Of a DNA stretch of 35,578 nt, positions 6,419-15,298 are shown piece by piece (within the stretch, counting starts at the first letter, position 1; the number at the start of each line of letters is the position of its first letter). Under the pieces are notes generated by a model. The model was not told the origin of the DNA, made no database searches, and was given only the letters and a program-made list of their open reading frames with translations. The position numbers and the translations under genes were made by a program. Source of the DNA: Syntrophaceae bacterium CG2_30_49_12 (GTDB lineage: Bacteria; Desulfobacterota; Syntrophia; Syntrophales; CG2-30-49-12); assembly GCA_001873675.1 (NCBI GenBank), contig MNZP01000152.1, positions 1 to 35,578 on the forward strand, read 5' to 3'.

Positions 6419-8188
6419 CTATGGGGTGTCTGACACCCGGACATGTGGATCATTGGTAGGCATCTTGGGCAGCCGGATTTTGAAGCTGGAGCCTTTGTTT
6501 TCCTCTGACTTTACGACGATGGTCCCTCCGTGTTCCTCTACGATTTTCTTCACGACGAGGAGGCCTAAGCCCGTGCCCGTTGACCCCTTTGTGCTCACCA
6601 TTCCTTGAAAGATATTGTCATATACTTCTTTGCTCATTCCCATTCCATTGTCAGACACTTCAATGATAATCCCTTGTCCGTTCTTCGATTCCAGTCTGAC
6701 AACAACATGGCCCTGACGTCCGACAGGAGAGGCATCAATGGCATTGGAGACCAGGTTTATTAGACATTGATGTAAGGCTTGTGGATCCAGGTAGACATTA
6801 TCAAAATCCCCCTCGTATTCTGAGGCCATATTGATATTGTTGTTTCGAGCCTTATTCTCCATTGTTTCGATCACATCTTCAACTATGCCTCTGGGGTCGC
6901 ACTTCTGAAAGATGGGTTTGCGCTCCTTCGCATAGTTTAATAGGTTGATAACCAGTTCAGAGATAAGACCGATGTTCTTTTCGATCATCCTCCATCCCTT
7001 TTGCGTATCCTTTTCATTATTTATCCTGGTTCCCCTCTTATAAATGTACACCCCCCCAAAAAGGCCATCCAAGATGTTCTTGATCGCGTGACTAATACTG
7101 GCAACAGCTTGACCGGTGGCACTCAACCGTTCAGACTGGATCAGCTCCTGGCGAAGTCGCTTTATTTCCCTAAGGTCTTGGAAAAAGAAAACCTTTCCTA
7201 AATGATCCTCCTTCTCGTATAGGTTGATGCCCGAGAGCCTCACCGGTATTGGTTCCTTATCCTTGTTCAGAATGTCTGTTTCTGCGGGTTTGAAACCACG
7301 TAAAACTATGCCATAGTCATATATGAGAGGGCGTTGAATCTTTACGGCGATGTCTTCAGAAAAGAAATCGTTCAAGGTAAGTCTGTCCACGACTTCAGGC
7401 TCGCGGTATCCGGTGAGGCTTTCGGCCACACGGTTGAAGATATTGACAACCCCGACCTCATTCATTGCGATGATTCCCACGAGGGAATTCTGAATCATAT
7501 TGCTCTGGAATTTATGAAACTTCTCCAGTTCCACCTGAGAAGACTTGATTATATAGATCATATGCTGAAAGGAATCGGCTAACTGGACGATCTCATCCCC
7601 TTTGTGCGTCTTATAGACCTCGCATTTTCGGCATCCTTCGAGTTTCTGCGGAAATTTAGGTTCATACCCCTCACAGGGTGTGCCATCAACGAACCAACAT
7701 TGAACCGCTGTGTTTGTATACGCTGCACAGTCCTTACGTCCGCATTGTTTGATTTCCCAGCAATTTACACGCTTACCGAAGAGGATATCCATGTCGAGGT
7801 TACCCACCGAGATCTCATCCGCTATCCGGGTTAGGGTTACTATTGGACGTGTCGTATGTCGGAGAAAGGATCTTGCGATCAGGAGGGTTACGAGAATCGT
7901 AGAGCCGAGAACCCCCAGGTAAAGGGTCATGACCTGGTTCACAAAGGCATGGACCGATGATGTGAAAAAGCCTGCCTTGATAGTACCTATGCTTTTCCCT
8001 TTGTAGACGATAGGATAAACTATCTCCATGAGGATCCATTGGAGTGCAACTGCCCCCAATAGGCCAAATAGGATCAGTAACAGAAAGATAAGTAGGAGTA
8101 TCTTAGTGCGGAATGAGAGCTTGCTGTATAGAGGGGTGTGATGACTTCCTCGGAACTGAGGCCTTAAGAGAGTTGGTAAACTCTTCAT
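6419..8188 (-). CDS. sensor histidine kinase (2 TM, HAMP, Cys-rich insert, PAS, HisKA, HATPase_c)
   Basis: Start set to ATG 8188 (MKSLPT...). Two hydrophobic helices flank a short (~35 aa) external loop, followed by a HAMP-like RPIVTLTRIADEISVGNLDMDI. The Cys-rich block is CWEIKQCGRKDCAAYTNTAVQCWFVDGTPCEGYEPKFPQKLEGCRKCEV. The H-box is SATGQAVASISHAIKN, with N/G boxes LINLVSNAIDA and DNGMGM...GTGLGL. Confidence 0.85.
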   Translation of the reverse strand: MKSLPTLLRPQFRGSHHTPLYSKLSFRTKILLLIFLLLILFGLLGAVALQWILMEIVYPIVYKGKSIGTIKAGFFTSSVHAFVNQVMTLYLGVLGSTILVTLLIARSFLRHTTRPIVTLTRIADEISVGNLDMDILFGKRVNCWEIKQCGRKDCAAYTNTAVQCWFVDGTPCEGYEPKFPQKLEGCRKCEVYKTHKGDEIVQLADSFQHMIYIIKSSQVELEKFHKFQSNMIQNSLVGIIAMNEVGVVNIFNRVAESLTGYREPEVVDRLTLNDFFSEDIAVKIQRPLIYDYGIVLRGFKPAETDILNKDKEPIPVRLSGINLYEKEDHLGKVFFFQDLREIKRLRQELIQSERLSATGQAVASISHAIKNILDGLFGGVYIYKRGTRINNEKDTQKGWRMIEKNIGLISELVINLLNYAKERKPIFQKCDPRGIVEDVIETMENKARNNNINMASEYEGDFDNVYLDPQALHQCLINLVSNAIDASPVGRQGHVVVRLESKNGQGIIIEVSDNGMGMSKEVYDNIFQGMVSTKGSTGTGLGLLVVKKIVEEHGGTIVVKSEENKGSSFKIRLPKMPTNDPHVRVSDTP

Positions 8189-8284
8189 GTTGAACCCCAA
8201 TGCGGATCTGGACGTCCTCCGAATTAATGGAGCCGGAACAGAGTTCCAAGCTGGGTTACGCGAAGCCTAAGAGTATCCTCATTT

Positions 8285-8725
8285 TCATCCAAATTGAACT
8301 CTGTCCCTACACTCGCCCTTGAGAACATCGTTGACAACTCGCATGAGACGTTGCGGCGTCACAGGTTTCTCAATAAATCCATCCGGGACACGTGCTTTAC
8401 ATCGAGACACAATATCTTTCCAATCAACATTGATTTGTTCCTTGATACCGGTAATTATGATCAGTGGAACGTCTTTTAATGGTTCTTCTCGTCGTCGCAA
8501 CCTGAGGAACAAATTGATACCCGTTTTCCCGGGCATTAATAAGTCGAGGCAGATCAAATCAGGAGTATCTTCCCTGATTAGCCTCTCTCCGTCCTCAGCA
8601 TTGTTTGCTGTCCGCACGGAAAAACCGTTTTCCTCCAGTATGGCTGACAGATATGTCGTCAAATCTTCTTCGTCATCAATAACAACAGCCCTTCTTCTTA
8701 TATCTTCCCTTTCTAAAGAACCCAT
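8285..8725 (-). CDS. single-domain response regulator (CheY-like receiver only)
   Basis: VVIDDEED acidic pocket, phospho-acceptor context LICLDLLMPG, conserved Thr (IIITG) and Lys (IEKP). At 146 aa there is no output domain. Confidence 0.85.
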   Translation of the reverse strand: MGSLEREDIRRRAVVIDDEEDLTTYLSAILEENGFSVRTANNAEDGERLIREDTPDLICLDLLMPGKTGINLFLRLRRREEPLKDVPLIIITGIKEQINVDWKDIVSRCKARVPDGFIEKPVTPQRLMRVVNDVLKGECRDRVQFG

Positions 8726-8774
8726 TTTTCTATCCCTCCTTTTTTAAGATTCTCTCAGAGATAAAACCTGTGCT

Positions 8775-10118
8775 TCATTTGTCCAGGATTACCGCCTTAT
8801 CAAAAAGATCGAAGACACCACCTACCCGAACATCCATCTTATGGTAGTCCATAAGCTGCATAAGCTGCCGTTTGCAGTTGGCACAGGGGGCTGCCAGGTA
8901 TTTCGCCCCTGTCTCCTTAACCTGGTTCAACTTCATCTTTCCCCCAACGTTCATCCTATAATCGAGGAAGGTAACCTCGTTCTTTTTTACCCCTTCTTTG
9001 CTGTCCATAACCGCCAGGCCGCCTCCGCCGCCACAACACCAGTTATAGTCTCGGTTCGGGGTCATCTCTCGAAAATCAGTGGTACAGGCCCTTAATAGTA
9101 CCCGAGGTTCCTCAATCACACCGGTGCTTCGTGCGAAGTTACAGGGGTCATGATAGGTGACAGGTTCTGGATTTTTGTTCGGATCAAGCCTGAGTTTTCC
9201 TCTGGCCAATTCTTCCGCAGCGATGATAAAGATATTGGTGATTTCATAGGGGATATCCCCTCCCCAATAGAAAGCGCCGCCTATCCTCTTAGCGATTCGG
9301 TAGGCGTGGCCGCATTCCCCTATGACGAGTTTTTTAACCTTCAGCTTCAGGCAGGCATCGTGGAGTAGTTTGTTCTTGCGCTTCATGTGGGCATCATCAC
9401 CGGTAAAAAGCCCAAAATTTGCACCGTCGAAGGCCTCAGAGCTCATCGTCCAGCTCAACCCAGCGGCGTGGAAGAAGGTTGCACAACCCATCTGAGTCTC
9501 TGGAAATGAGACCAGGTCTGCCGAGGCCGGGACGAATAGGATGTCTGCCTCCTGGTCGACGGGTATTTTAATGGGGATGCCGTGCTCTTCCTGTAACTCC
9601 GATTCAAGGAATTCCACCGCATTCATGAAAGACGCATAAGTCTGGCCTTCATCGTTCCCGAATTTATCGGACATCTCCTGGGTCTGTGCCATCATCTTGG
9701 GGGACATGCCAAGGGCGTGGACAATGGCCCGGCCTTTACGTGTAATGACGGAGTTGTCAATACCAAAGGGGCAGAATTTGGCGCAGCGTCGGCAACCGGA
9801 GCATTCGTAGAAATCTCGTACCCAGGTTTCAATATCCTCCGGGCTTAAATTGTTGGATTGGCCATTGAATAGACCTCGAATCTTTGTCAGTATAGAACCG
9901 TTTTGTTTGTACAGCTTCCGAATCAGGTCGGAGCGGGCCGCCGGGTTTGTTCGTCTTTGGGGGTTTGCCCTGGAAACATGGCACTGCTCAGCGCATGTTC
10001 CACACTTAGCGCAGATGTCCATGTACAACTGAAGAGCCCTGGGGCCATCCTTGATGGCCTTGACAGAATTAATTGCCTTTTCAATGTCCGTCTGGGAGAT
10101 TACACTTTCTTCGCTCAT
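8775..10118 (-). CDS. HdrD/DsrK/HmcF-like iron-sulfur (CCG-domain) oxidoreductase
   Basis: Two ferredoxin-type motifs (CAKCGTCAEQCHV, CSGCRRCAKFCPF) followed by Cys-rich CCG-type motifs (HDPCNF..., NWCCGGGGG, APCANCKRQ). Confidence 0.8.
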   Translation of the reverse strand: MSEESVISQTDIEKAINSVKAIKDGPRALQLYMDICAKCGTCAEQCHVSRANPQRRTNPAARSDLIRKLYKQNGSILTKIRGLFNGQSNNLSPEDIETWVRDFYECSGCRRCAKFCPFGIDNSVITRKGRAIVHALGMSPKMMAQTQEMSDKFGNDEGQTYASFMNAVEFLESELQEEHGIPIKIPVDQEADILFVPASADLVSFPETQMGCATFFHAAGLSWTMSSEAFDGANFGLFTGDDAHMKRKNKLLHDACLKLKVKKLVIGECGHAYRIAKRIGGAFYWGGDIPYEITNIFIIAAEELARGKLRLDPNKNPEPVTYHDPCNFARSTGVIEEPRVLLRACTTDFREMTPNRDYNWCCGGGGGLAVMDSKEGVKKNEVTFLDYRMNVGGKMKLNQVKETGAKYLAAPCANCKRQLMQLMDYHKMDVRVGGVFDLFDKAVILDK

Positions 10119-10130
10119 GGTATCACCTCT

Positions 10131-10838
10131 CTATTCTTGATAGATTATTGATTTACTGTAAAATGTGCCGGGAATGTGGAGAAACTTGCCGAACGGTATA
10201 TAGATGATCAACAACTGTCCCAAGAAAAAATGGAGAAGGAAGGCTGGGTCACCGGGCACAGCGACGCTTTTGAAGGTAAAAAGGGCAACAAAATATTCCC
10301 TGCTTTGAGCAAGGTCAAAATGAGTGACAAACCGCATTATATCCCCGGTGATGATAATGCCTAAGATCAACGCCAACGTAAGGTAATCGTCCTTATCGGA
10401 GATCTCCCTGACCCGTTGAACTGCCAATCGGCGGACGAGCAAGTAGATTCCCATAATGAAAATGACCAACCCCGCGGCGCCTCCCAGTGTGGTCGAGAGT
10501 GTATCTACGTCTTCTTTACCCATTCTGAGGACTTGCCAGAGAAGCGGAAAATCCGTTACCACCCTCACATGGCCGATGAGAATCAATGCGATACTTACGT
10601 GAAATACCCAGGTCCCGGCCCAGAGGGGTTTGTTCCCTTTAAAGAGATTCTCGAAGATAAAAATCTCCTTCACAATTCTTTTCCACTTGTCACCAGGGGT
10701 CGAGGCAGCGGGGTAGAGGGTCATCTTCCCTTGAGCAGCCTTGGTCCACTTAAGAATTTTGTGGGTGATACCCGATAGAAACACGATGAGCGTAATGTAC
10801 GGCAATATCTCTCCAATAAAGATTTTGATTCCACCCAT
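10131..10838 (-). CDS. NarI/DsrM/HmcE-like integral-membrane cytochrome b subunit
   Basis: 235 aa with about five hydrophobic helices and conserved His residues in helices (ITHKILKW, WVFHVSIALILIGHV, FVTHF, LLHFFLG). Sits 12 nt upstream of the HdrD-like gene, the classic membrane-anchor/Fe-S pair arrangement. Confidence 0.7.
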   Translation of the reverse strand: MGGIKIFIGEILPYITLIVFLSGITHKILKWTKAAQGKMTLYPAASTPGDKWKRIVKEIFIFENLFKGNKPLWAGTWVFHVSIALILIGHVRVVTDFPLLWQVLRMGKEDVDTLSTTLGGAAGLVIFIMGIYLLVRRLAVQRVREISDKDDYLTLALILGIIITGDIMRFVTHFDLAQSREYFVALFTFKSVAVPGDPAFLLHFFLGQLLIIYIPFGKFLHIPGTFYSKSIIYQE

Positions 10839-11135
10839 AGTACTCTTCCTCCTTAAATGTTAGTTTAAATAATAGCATTAATTAAGATAATTAAATTACT
10901 TACCTTATGAGATAAGGTTCGTATCATTTTCCACTAATGATGTTAAATGTTTTTTTAATGTTCAATTTTCTGCCTTGACAATTGTGTTCACCTAAGACTA
11001 AATAGTTCCTGAAGCCCTGTAACTTATGGATAATCCTATTGATGGTAATATTCTCCGTTGTGTTTCCCCGCTGATCATCACAGAATTGAATGTTGATCGG
11101 GCAATTGATATCCTGGATGGGGTGATGGAGGGCAA

Positions 11136-12047
11136 ATGAAGAAAGATCTTTTAAGCGTTTATGATCTTCAAGTATTGGATTTTGAATTGATATTTGAAAA
11201 AGCGAAAAAGCTGAAAAAAATGCTCCGGGATGGGCATACCTATGCACCTCTGAAGGGCAAGACCCTCGGGATGATTTTCGATAAACCGTCCACCAGAACA
11301 CGCATTTCTTTTGAGGTGGGGATGTACCAGCTTGGGGGGATGGCCGTATTCCTCAGCAGTCGGGATACCCAGTCCGCCAGGGGGGAGAGCATTGCCGATA
11401 CCGCAAGGATTATGTCCAGGTATTTAGACGGCATTATGATCAGGACTTATTCCCAAAGTTCCGTTGAAGAGTTTGCCGGATATGCAACGATACCGGTGAT
11501 AAACGGTTTGACGGACCTTCTCCACCCGTGTCAGATCTTGAGCGATCTTTTTACCATTATCGAGAAGAAGGGAACCTACGAAAATCTGAAAATTGCCTAT
11601 GTCGGGGATGGGAATAATATTGCCAACTCCTGGATAAATGCCGCCGCCAGGCTTCCCTTCCACCTTGCCCTTGCCTGTCCGGAAGGGTATGAACCTGATA
11701 CGGGTATCCTGGAGCGGGGAAGGAGAGATGCGGAGCGGGGCGTCACTCTCTATCGCAATCCTTGTGACGTAGTGCGCGATGCTGATGTCGTTTATACCGA
11801 TGTATGGGCCAGTATGGGACAGGAGGCCGAAAGGGAGGAGAGGGCAGGGGTGTTCAAGGAATATCAGATCAACAGGGAACTGCTGCGAGGGGCGCGAAGA
11901 GACGTTATAGTTATGCACTGTCTCCCCGCTCATCGTGGGGAGGAGATAGCGGCAGAGGTTATTGACGGTCCCTACTCGGTAGTTTTTGACCAGGCGGAGA
12001 ATCGCCTCCATGTCCAGAAGGCGATTCTGGAAATTTTGCTCGATTAG
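11136..12047 (+). CDS. argF: ornithine carbamoyltransferase
   Basis: Motifs STRTR (carbamoyl-phosphate binding), HPCQ, DVWASMG (ornithine loop) and [18 protein letters not shown] 6 nt upstream of the ATG. Confidence 0.9.
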   Translation: MKKDLLSVYDLQVLDFELIFEKAKKLKKMLRDGHTYAPLKGKTLGMIFDKPSTRTRISFEVGMYQLGGMAVFLSSRDTQSARGESIADTARIMSRYLDGIMIRTYSQSSVEEFAGYATIPVINGLTDLLHPCQILSDLFTIIEKKGTYENLKIAYVGDGNNIANSWINAAARLPFHLALACPEGYEPDTGILERGRRDAERGVTLYRNPCDVVRDADVVYTDVWASMGQEAEREERAGVFKEYQINRELLRGARRDVIVMHCLPAHRGEEIAAEVIDGPYSVVFDQAENRLHVQKAILEILLD

Positions 12048-12081
12048 AGTATTTTTCAATGAGAGGAAGGAAATCGGGATT

Positions 12082-13290
12082 GTGACTAATCAGGTAAGAA
12101 AGGTGGTCCTTGCCTACTCGGGAGGTTTGGATACATCGGTTATTTTAAGGTGGCTTATCGAGACCTATAAATGTGAAGTAATCGCCTTTGCCGCGGATAT
12201 CGGTCAGAAGGAAGAGCTGGACGGTCTTAAGGAAAAGGCTATTGCCACCGGCGCCGGTAAGATATATATTGAAAATTTAAGGGAAGAATTCGTCAGTGAT
12301 TTTGTCTTTCCTGCTCTGAGGGCCAATGCCTGCTACGAGGGCAGATATCTCCTCGGGACTTCCCTGGGCAGGCCGCTTATCGCTAAAAAACAGATAGAGA
12401 TTGCCGCCGCAGAAGGCGCAGATGCCGTCGCGCATGGCGCCACGGGAAAGGGAAACGATCAGGTAAGGTTTGAGCTGACTTACATGGCTTTAAACCCGGA
12501 GATCAGGATTATTTCACCCTGGAGGGATGAGCGCTGGAGCTTCGATTCAAGAAGCTCGATGGTCGCTTATGCCCGTAAACACAACATTCCTCTTTTGCTG
12601 ACCGAGAAAAAACCTTACAGCAGCGACAGGAATCTCCTTCATATCTCTCATGAGGGCGGCATTCTCGAAGACCCCTGGGCGGAGCCGCCGGAGGATATGT
12701 TTGTCTTGACTGCTTCTCCCGAAGTGGCGCCCGATATTCCCACCTATGTAGAAGTCGCTTTTGAGAAGGGTAATCCCGTGGCGGTGGATGGGGTGAAGAT
12801 GACCCCGGCAAAGCTCTTGGACCATTTGAACCTGTTGGCGGGCAGAAACGGGATCGGGAGAATGGACATGGTCGAGAATCGCTTTGTGGGGATGAAATCG
12901 CGCGGAGTTTACGAGACACCGGGGGGAACTGTCCTCTGGGCGGCCCATCAGGCGGTGGAGACGATTACCATGGATCGGGAAGTTATGCTGATGAGAGATT
13001 CACTGATACCCAAATATGCCCAACTGGTCTATAACGGTTTCTGGTATTCGCCGGAGATGAAAGTTCTCCAGAAATTGATTGACGAAACACAGGAAAACGT
13101 GAGAGGCACTGCCCGTTTGAAATTGTACAAGGGGAACTGTATCGTCGTCGGGAGGAAATCACCGCAATCCCTTTATATGGAGGATTTTGCCACCTTTGAA
13201 AAAGACATGGTTTACAACCAGAGTGATGCCACGGGATTTATAAGACTCAATGCCCTTAGGCTGAAGATACAGGCGTTGCAGAAAGGTTAA
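12082..13290 (+). CDS. argG: argininosuccinate synthase
   Basis: [12 protein letters not shown]-pyrophosphatase motif, [13 protein letters not shown], and [11 protein letters not shown]. Start trimmed from the track ORF (11986, which overlaps argF) to GTG 12082 ([15 protein letters not shown]). Confidence 0.9.
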   Translation: MTNQVRKVVLAYSGGLDTSVILRWLIETYKCEVIAFAADIGQKEELDGLKEKAIATGAGKIYIENLREEFVSDFVFPALRANACYEGRYLLGTSLGRPLIAKKQIEIAAAEGADAVAHGATGKGNDQVRFELTYMALNPEIRIISPWRDERWSFDSRSSMVAYARKHNIPLLLTEKKPYSSDRNLLHISHEGGILEDPWAEPPEDMFVLTASPEVAPDIPTYVEVAFEKGNPVAVDGVKMTPAKLLDHLNLLAGRNGIGRMDMVENRFVGMKSRGVYETPGGTVLWAAHQAVETITMDREVMLMRDSLIPKYAQLVYNGFWYSPEMKVLQKLIDETQENVRGTARLKLYKGNCIVVGRKSPQSLYMEDFATFEKDMVYNQSDATGFIRLNALRLKIQALQKG

Positions 13291-13323
13291 CAGGGGGTAA
13301 TTACTCAGGAGTTAGGAGCCAGA

Positions 13324-14700
13324 ATGAAAAAGAAGCCTTGGGATGGGAGGTTTCGTGAGCCGACAGATGAACAGGTAGAGGTGTTTACCGCCTCTGTCCA
13401 TTTTGATAAACGTCTTGCCCCCTATGATATTGAAGGAAGTATTGCCCACACAAAGATGCTGGCCAGACAGCGTATCGTCTCGAAAAAGGAAGAAAAGACC
13501 ATTGTTGCCGGTCTGAGGGACATTTTCAGGGAGATTGAAAGGGGAAATTTCACCTTTCACCTCTCCGATGAAGATATTCATATGGCGATTGAGAGAGCCC
13601 TGATCGAGCGTGTGGGAGAAGTTGGGGGAAAACTCCACACGGGCAGGAGCAGGAATGATCAGGTATCTCTCGATGCAAGACTATACTTGAGAGATGAGAT
13701 TCAACGGATACTGGACCTGGTAGCCGCACTGAAGTCATCACTGGTTGAACTGGCGAAGAGGGAGAGCCGGACCATCATGCCGGGTTACACCCACCTCCAG
13801 AAGGCCCAGCCGGTTCTTCTCTCCCATTACCTCCTGGCTTACTGGGAGATGCTGGATCGGGATGAGGCAAGATTGCGGGATGGTCTCAAGAGGGTAAACG
13901 TGATGCCCCTCGGAGCCGCCGCTCTGGCCGGGTCGGTTCTGCCGCTTGACAGGGAGTACACGGCAAGATTGCTGAAATTTCCCGAGATATCCCGGAACAG
14001 CATGGATGCCGTCTCAGACCGTGATTTTGTCGCCGAATTTGTCTTTGTCGCCTCTTTAATAATGATGCACCTCTCCCGGTTTTGTGAGGACCTTATCATC
14101 TGGTCTACCGAGGAGTTTAGTTTCGTAGAGATCTCCGATGCCTTTACCACGGGAAGCAGTATCATGCCCCAGAAGAAGAATCCCGATGTTGCCGAGTTGA
14201 TCAGGGGGAAAACGGGGCGTGTCTACGGAAATATGATTACCCTCTTGACACTCCTGAAGGGTCTCCCCATGACCTACAACCGTGACCTTCAGGAAGATAA
14301 AGAACCTCTCTTTGATACGATGGATACGGTGACGGGATGCCTGGAGATATTCGCCGGCATGATCAAACATCTAAGGTTTAACAGGGCAAGGATGCAGGAA
14401 GAGGCTGCGAGGGGATTCTCCACGGCTACCGATGTGGCCGATTATCTGGTGATACGGGGTGTCCCTTTCCGGGAATCACACGGGATTGTAGGTCGTCTCG
14501 TTGCCTACTGTACGGGGGAAAATAAGGGGTTGTCAGACCTGACGATAAAAGAATTCCGCCGGTTTTATAAGGGTTTTGATGAAGATGTCTATGAGTGTCT
14601 CCAGGTGGAAAATGCGGTGAATGCGAGAAGAACCCTTGGTGGCACAGCGGAGAAAATGGTCTTAAAGAGGATCGAAGAGATTGAAGGGGGGAAGAGATGA
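13324..14700 (+). CDS. argH: argininosuccinate lyase
   Basis: Fumarase/lyase superfamily signatures TGRSRNDQV and GSSIMPQKKNPD. 458 aa, SD GGAG upstream. Confidence 0.9.
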   Translation: MKKKPWDGRFREPTDEQVEVFTASVHFDKRLAPYDIEGSIAHTKMLARQRIVSKKEEKTIVAGLRDIFREIERGNFTFHLSDEDIHMAIERALIERVGEVGGKLHTGRSRNDQVSLDARLYLRDEIQRILDLVAALKSSLVELAKRESRTIMPGYTHLQKAQPVLLSHYLLAYWEMLDRDEARLRDGLKRVNVMPLGAAALAGSVLPLDREYTARLLKFPEISRNSMDAVSDRDFVAEFVFVASLIMMHLSRFCEDLIIWSTEEFSFVEISDAFTTGSSIMPQKKNPDVAELIRGKTGRVYGNMITLLTLLKGLPMTYNRDLQEDKEPLFDTMDTVTGCLEIFAGMIKHLRFNRARMQEEAARGFSTATDVADYLVIRGVPFRESHGIVGRLVAYCTGENKGLSDLTIKEFRRFYKGFDEDVYECLQVENAVNARRTLGGTAEKMVLKRIEEIEGGKR

Positions 14701-15146
14701 AGAGAAAGAGAGAAAAACGTTGGCATTTATCTGTTGTGTTTATGATGCTGTTTCTCATAGCGATCTTTCAGGGATGCGGGAAGAAGGGAGACCCGATCCC
14801 TGAAAAAATCTTATTACCGAAGGCAATTTCCAACCTTGAGGCAAAACACGGCCAGGGCGGGATTATCCTTCGCTGGAGCGTGGAAGAACATGGAGTCCTC
14901 GCCGGATTCAGGATCACAAGGAGAGAAGTGGGAACAGTCTCCGATAGCTGTCCGGATTGTCCCGGGGAATATACTCTGATTGCCGACCTTTCGCTTTTCG
15001 ATCCAAAACTGACGAGGGAAGGGAAGGACGCTTTTTCCTATTTAGATGCAACGGTTGAACCCGGTAGGATTTACTCTTACCGTGTTGTCGTCTGCAATGC
15101 CTCCGGAGGATGCTCTGAGGCGTCAAATATTGTTGGAATAAAGTAA
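14697..15146 (+). CDS. lipoprotein: LptM/YifL-like N-terminal lipobox motif plus a beta-rich (FN3-like) domain
   Basis: Its ATG overlaps the argH stop (ATGA at 14697-14700). Signal peptide with lipobox IFQGC, followed by CGKKGDPIPE, resembling the CG(L/Q)KGPLYLP motif of small lipoproteins often found next to lysA/dapF. The remainder (GIILRWSVEE...FRITRRE...GRIYSYRVVVCNASG) has an FN3-like pattern with 4 extra Cys. Confidence 0.65.
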   Translation: MKRKREKRWHLSVVFMMLFLIAIFQGCGKKGDPIPEKILLPKAISNLEAKHGQGGIILRWSVEEHGVLAGFRITRREVGTVSDSCPDCPGEYTLIADLSLFDPKLTREGKDAFSYLDATVEPGRIYSYRVVVCNASGGCSEASNIVGIK

Positions 15147-15151
15147 CTGCT

Positions 15152-15276
15152 CAGGTCGTCAGGTTCACAGTTTACAGTTTACAGTTCACAGTTCACGGTT
15201 GGTTGCCTTATCTTCATACTGGTCTATGCCCATTGTTTTCTAACCGTGAACCGTGAACCCCGGAACTTTGAACCTA
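15152..15276 (+). repeat. heptad-repeat hairpin element, copy A
   Basis: Left arm AGGTTCA CAGTTTA CAGTTTA CAGTTCA CAGTTCA CGGTT. Right arm AACCG TGAACCG TGAACCC CGGAACT TTGAACCT. The arms are complementary with a few mismatches and one extra heptad. The element is related to 33468-33560 (inverted). Confidence 0.85.
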
Positions 15277-15298
15277 AGTAATCACAGGTAATTTAACG

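Noticed and set aside
11060-11135. Possible ARG box or ArgR operator (AGAATTGAATGTTGATC...CAATTGATATCC) and a TTGACA -35 element (10975-10980) upstream of argF.
   Set aside because: The match to the ARG-box consensus I remember is poor, and the best -10 candidates score only 3/6. This is not enough to report as a feature.
11424-12059. A 211-aa minus-strand ORF antisense to argF. Similar shadow ORFs lie opposite other genes: 12509-12948 (argG), 13839-14370 (argH), 17640-18209 (trpC), 22593-23225 (lon), 32906-33547 (methyltransferase) and 8319-8747 (response regulator).
   Set aside because: Each lies entirely inside a gene with strong family motifs on the other strand and has no recognisable motif or ribosome-binding site of its own.
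11986-12081. A 5' extension of the argG ORF that overlaps the end of argF by 62 nt.
   Set aside because: The conserved argG N-terminus ([12 protein letters not shown]) starts right after GTG 12082. The extension has no homology-like features and would overlap argF.
15160-15260. The tandem 7-nt repeats, considered as a possible CRISPR array.
   Set aside because: The units are 7 nt, contiguous and without spacers, and the two halves are complementary. That makes a hairpin, not repeat-spacer architecture, and there are no cas genes.
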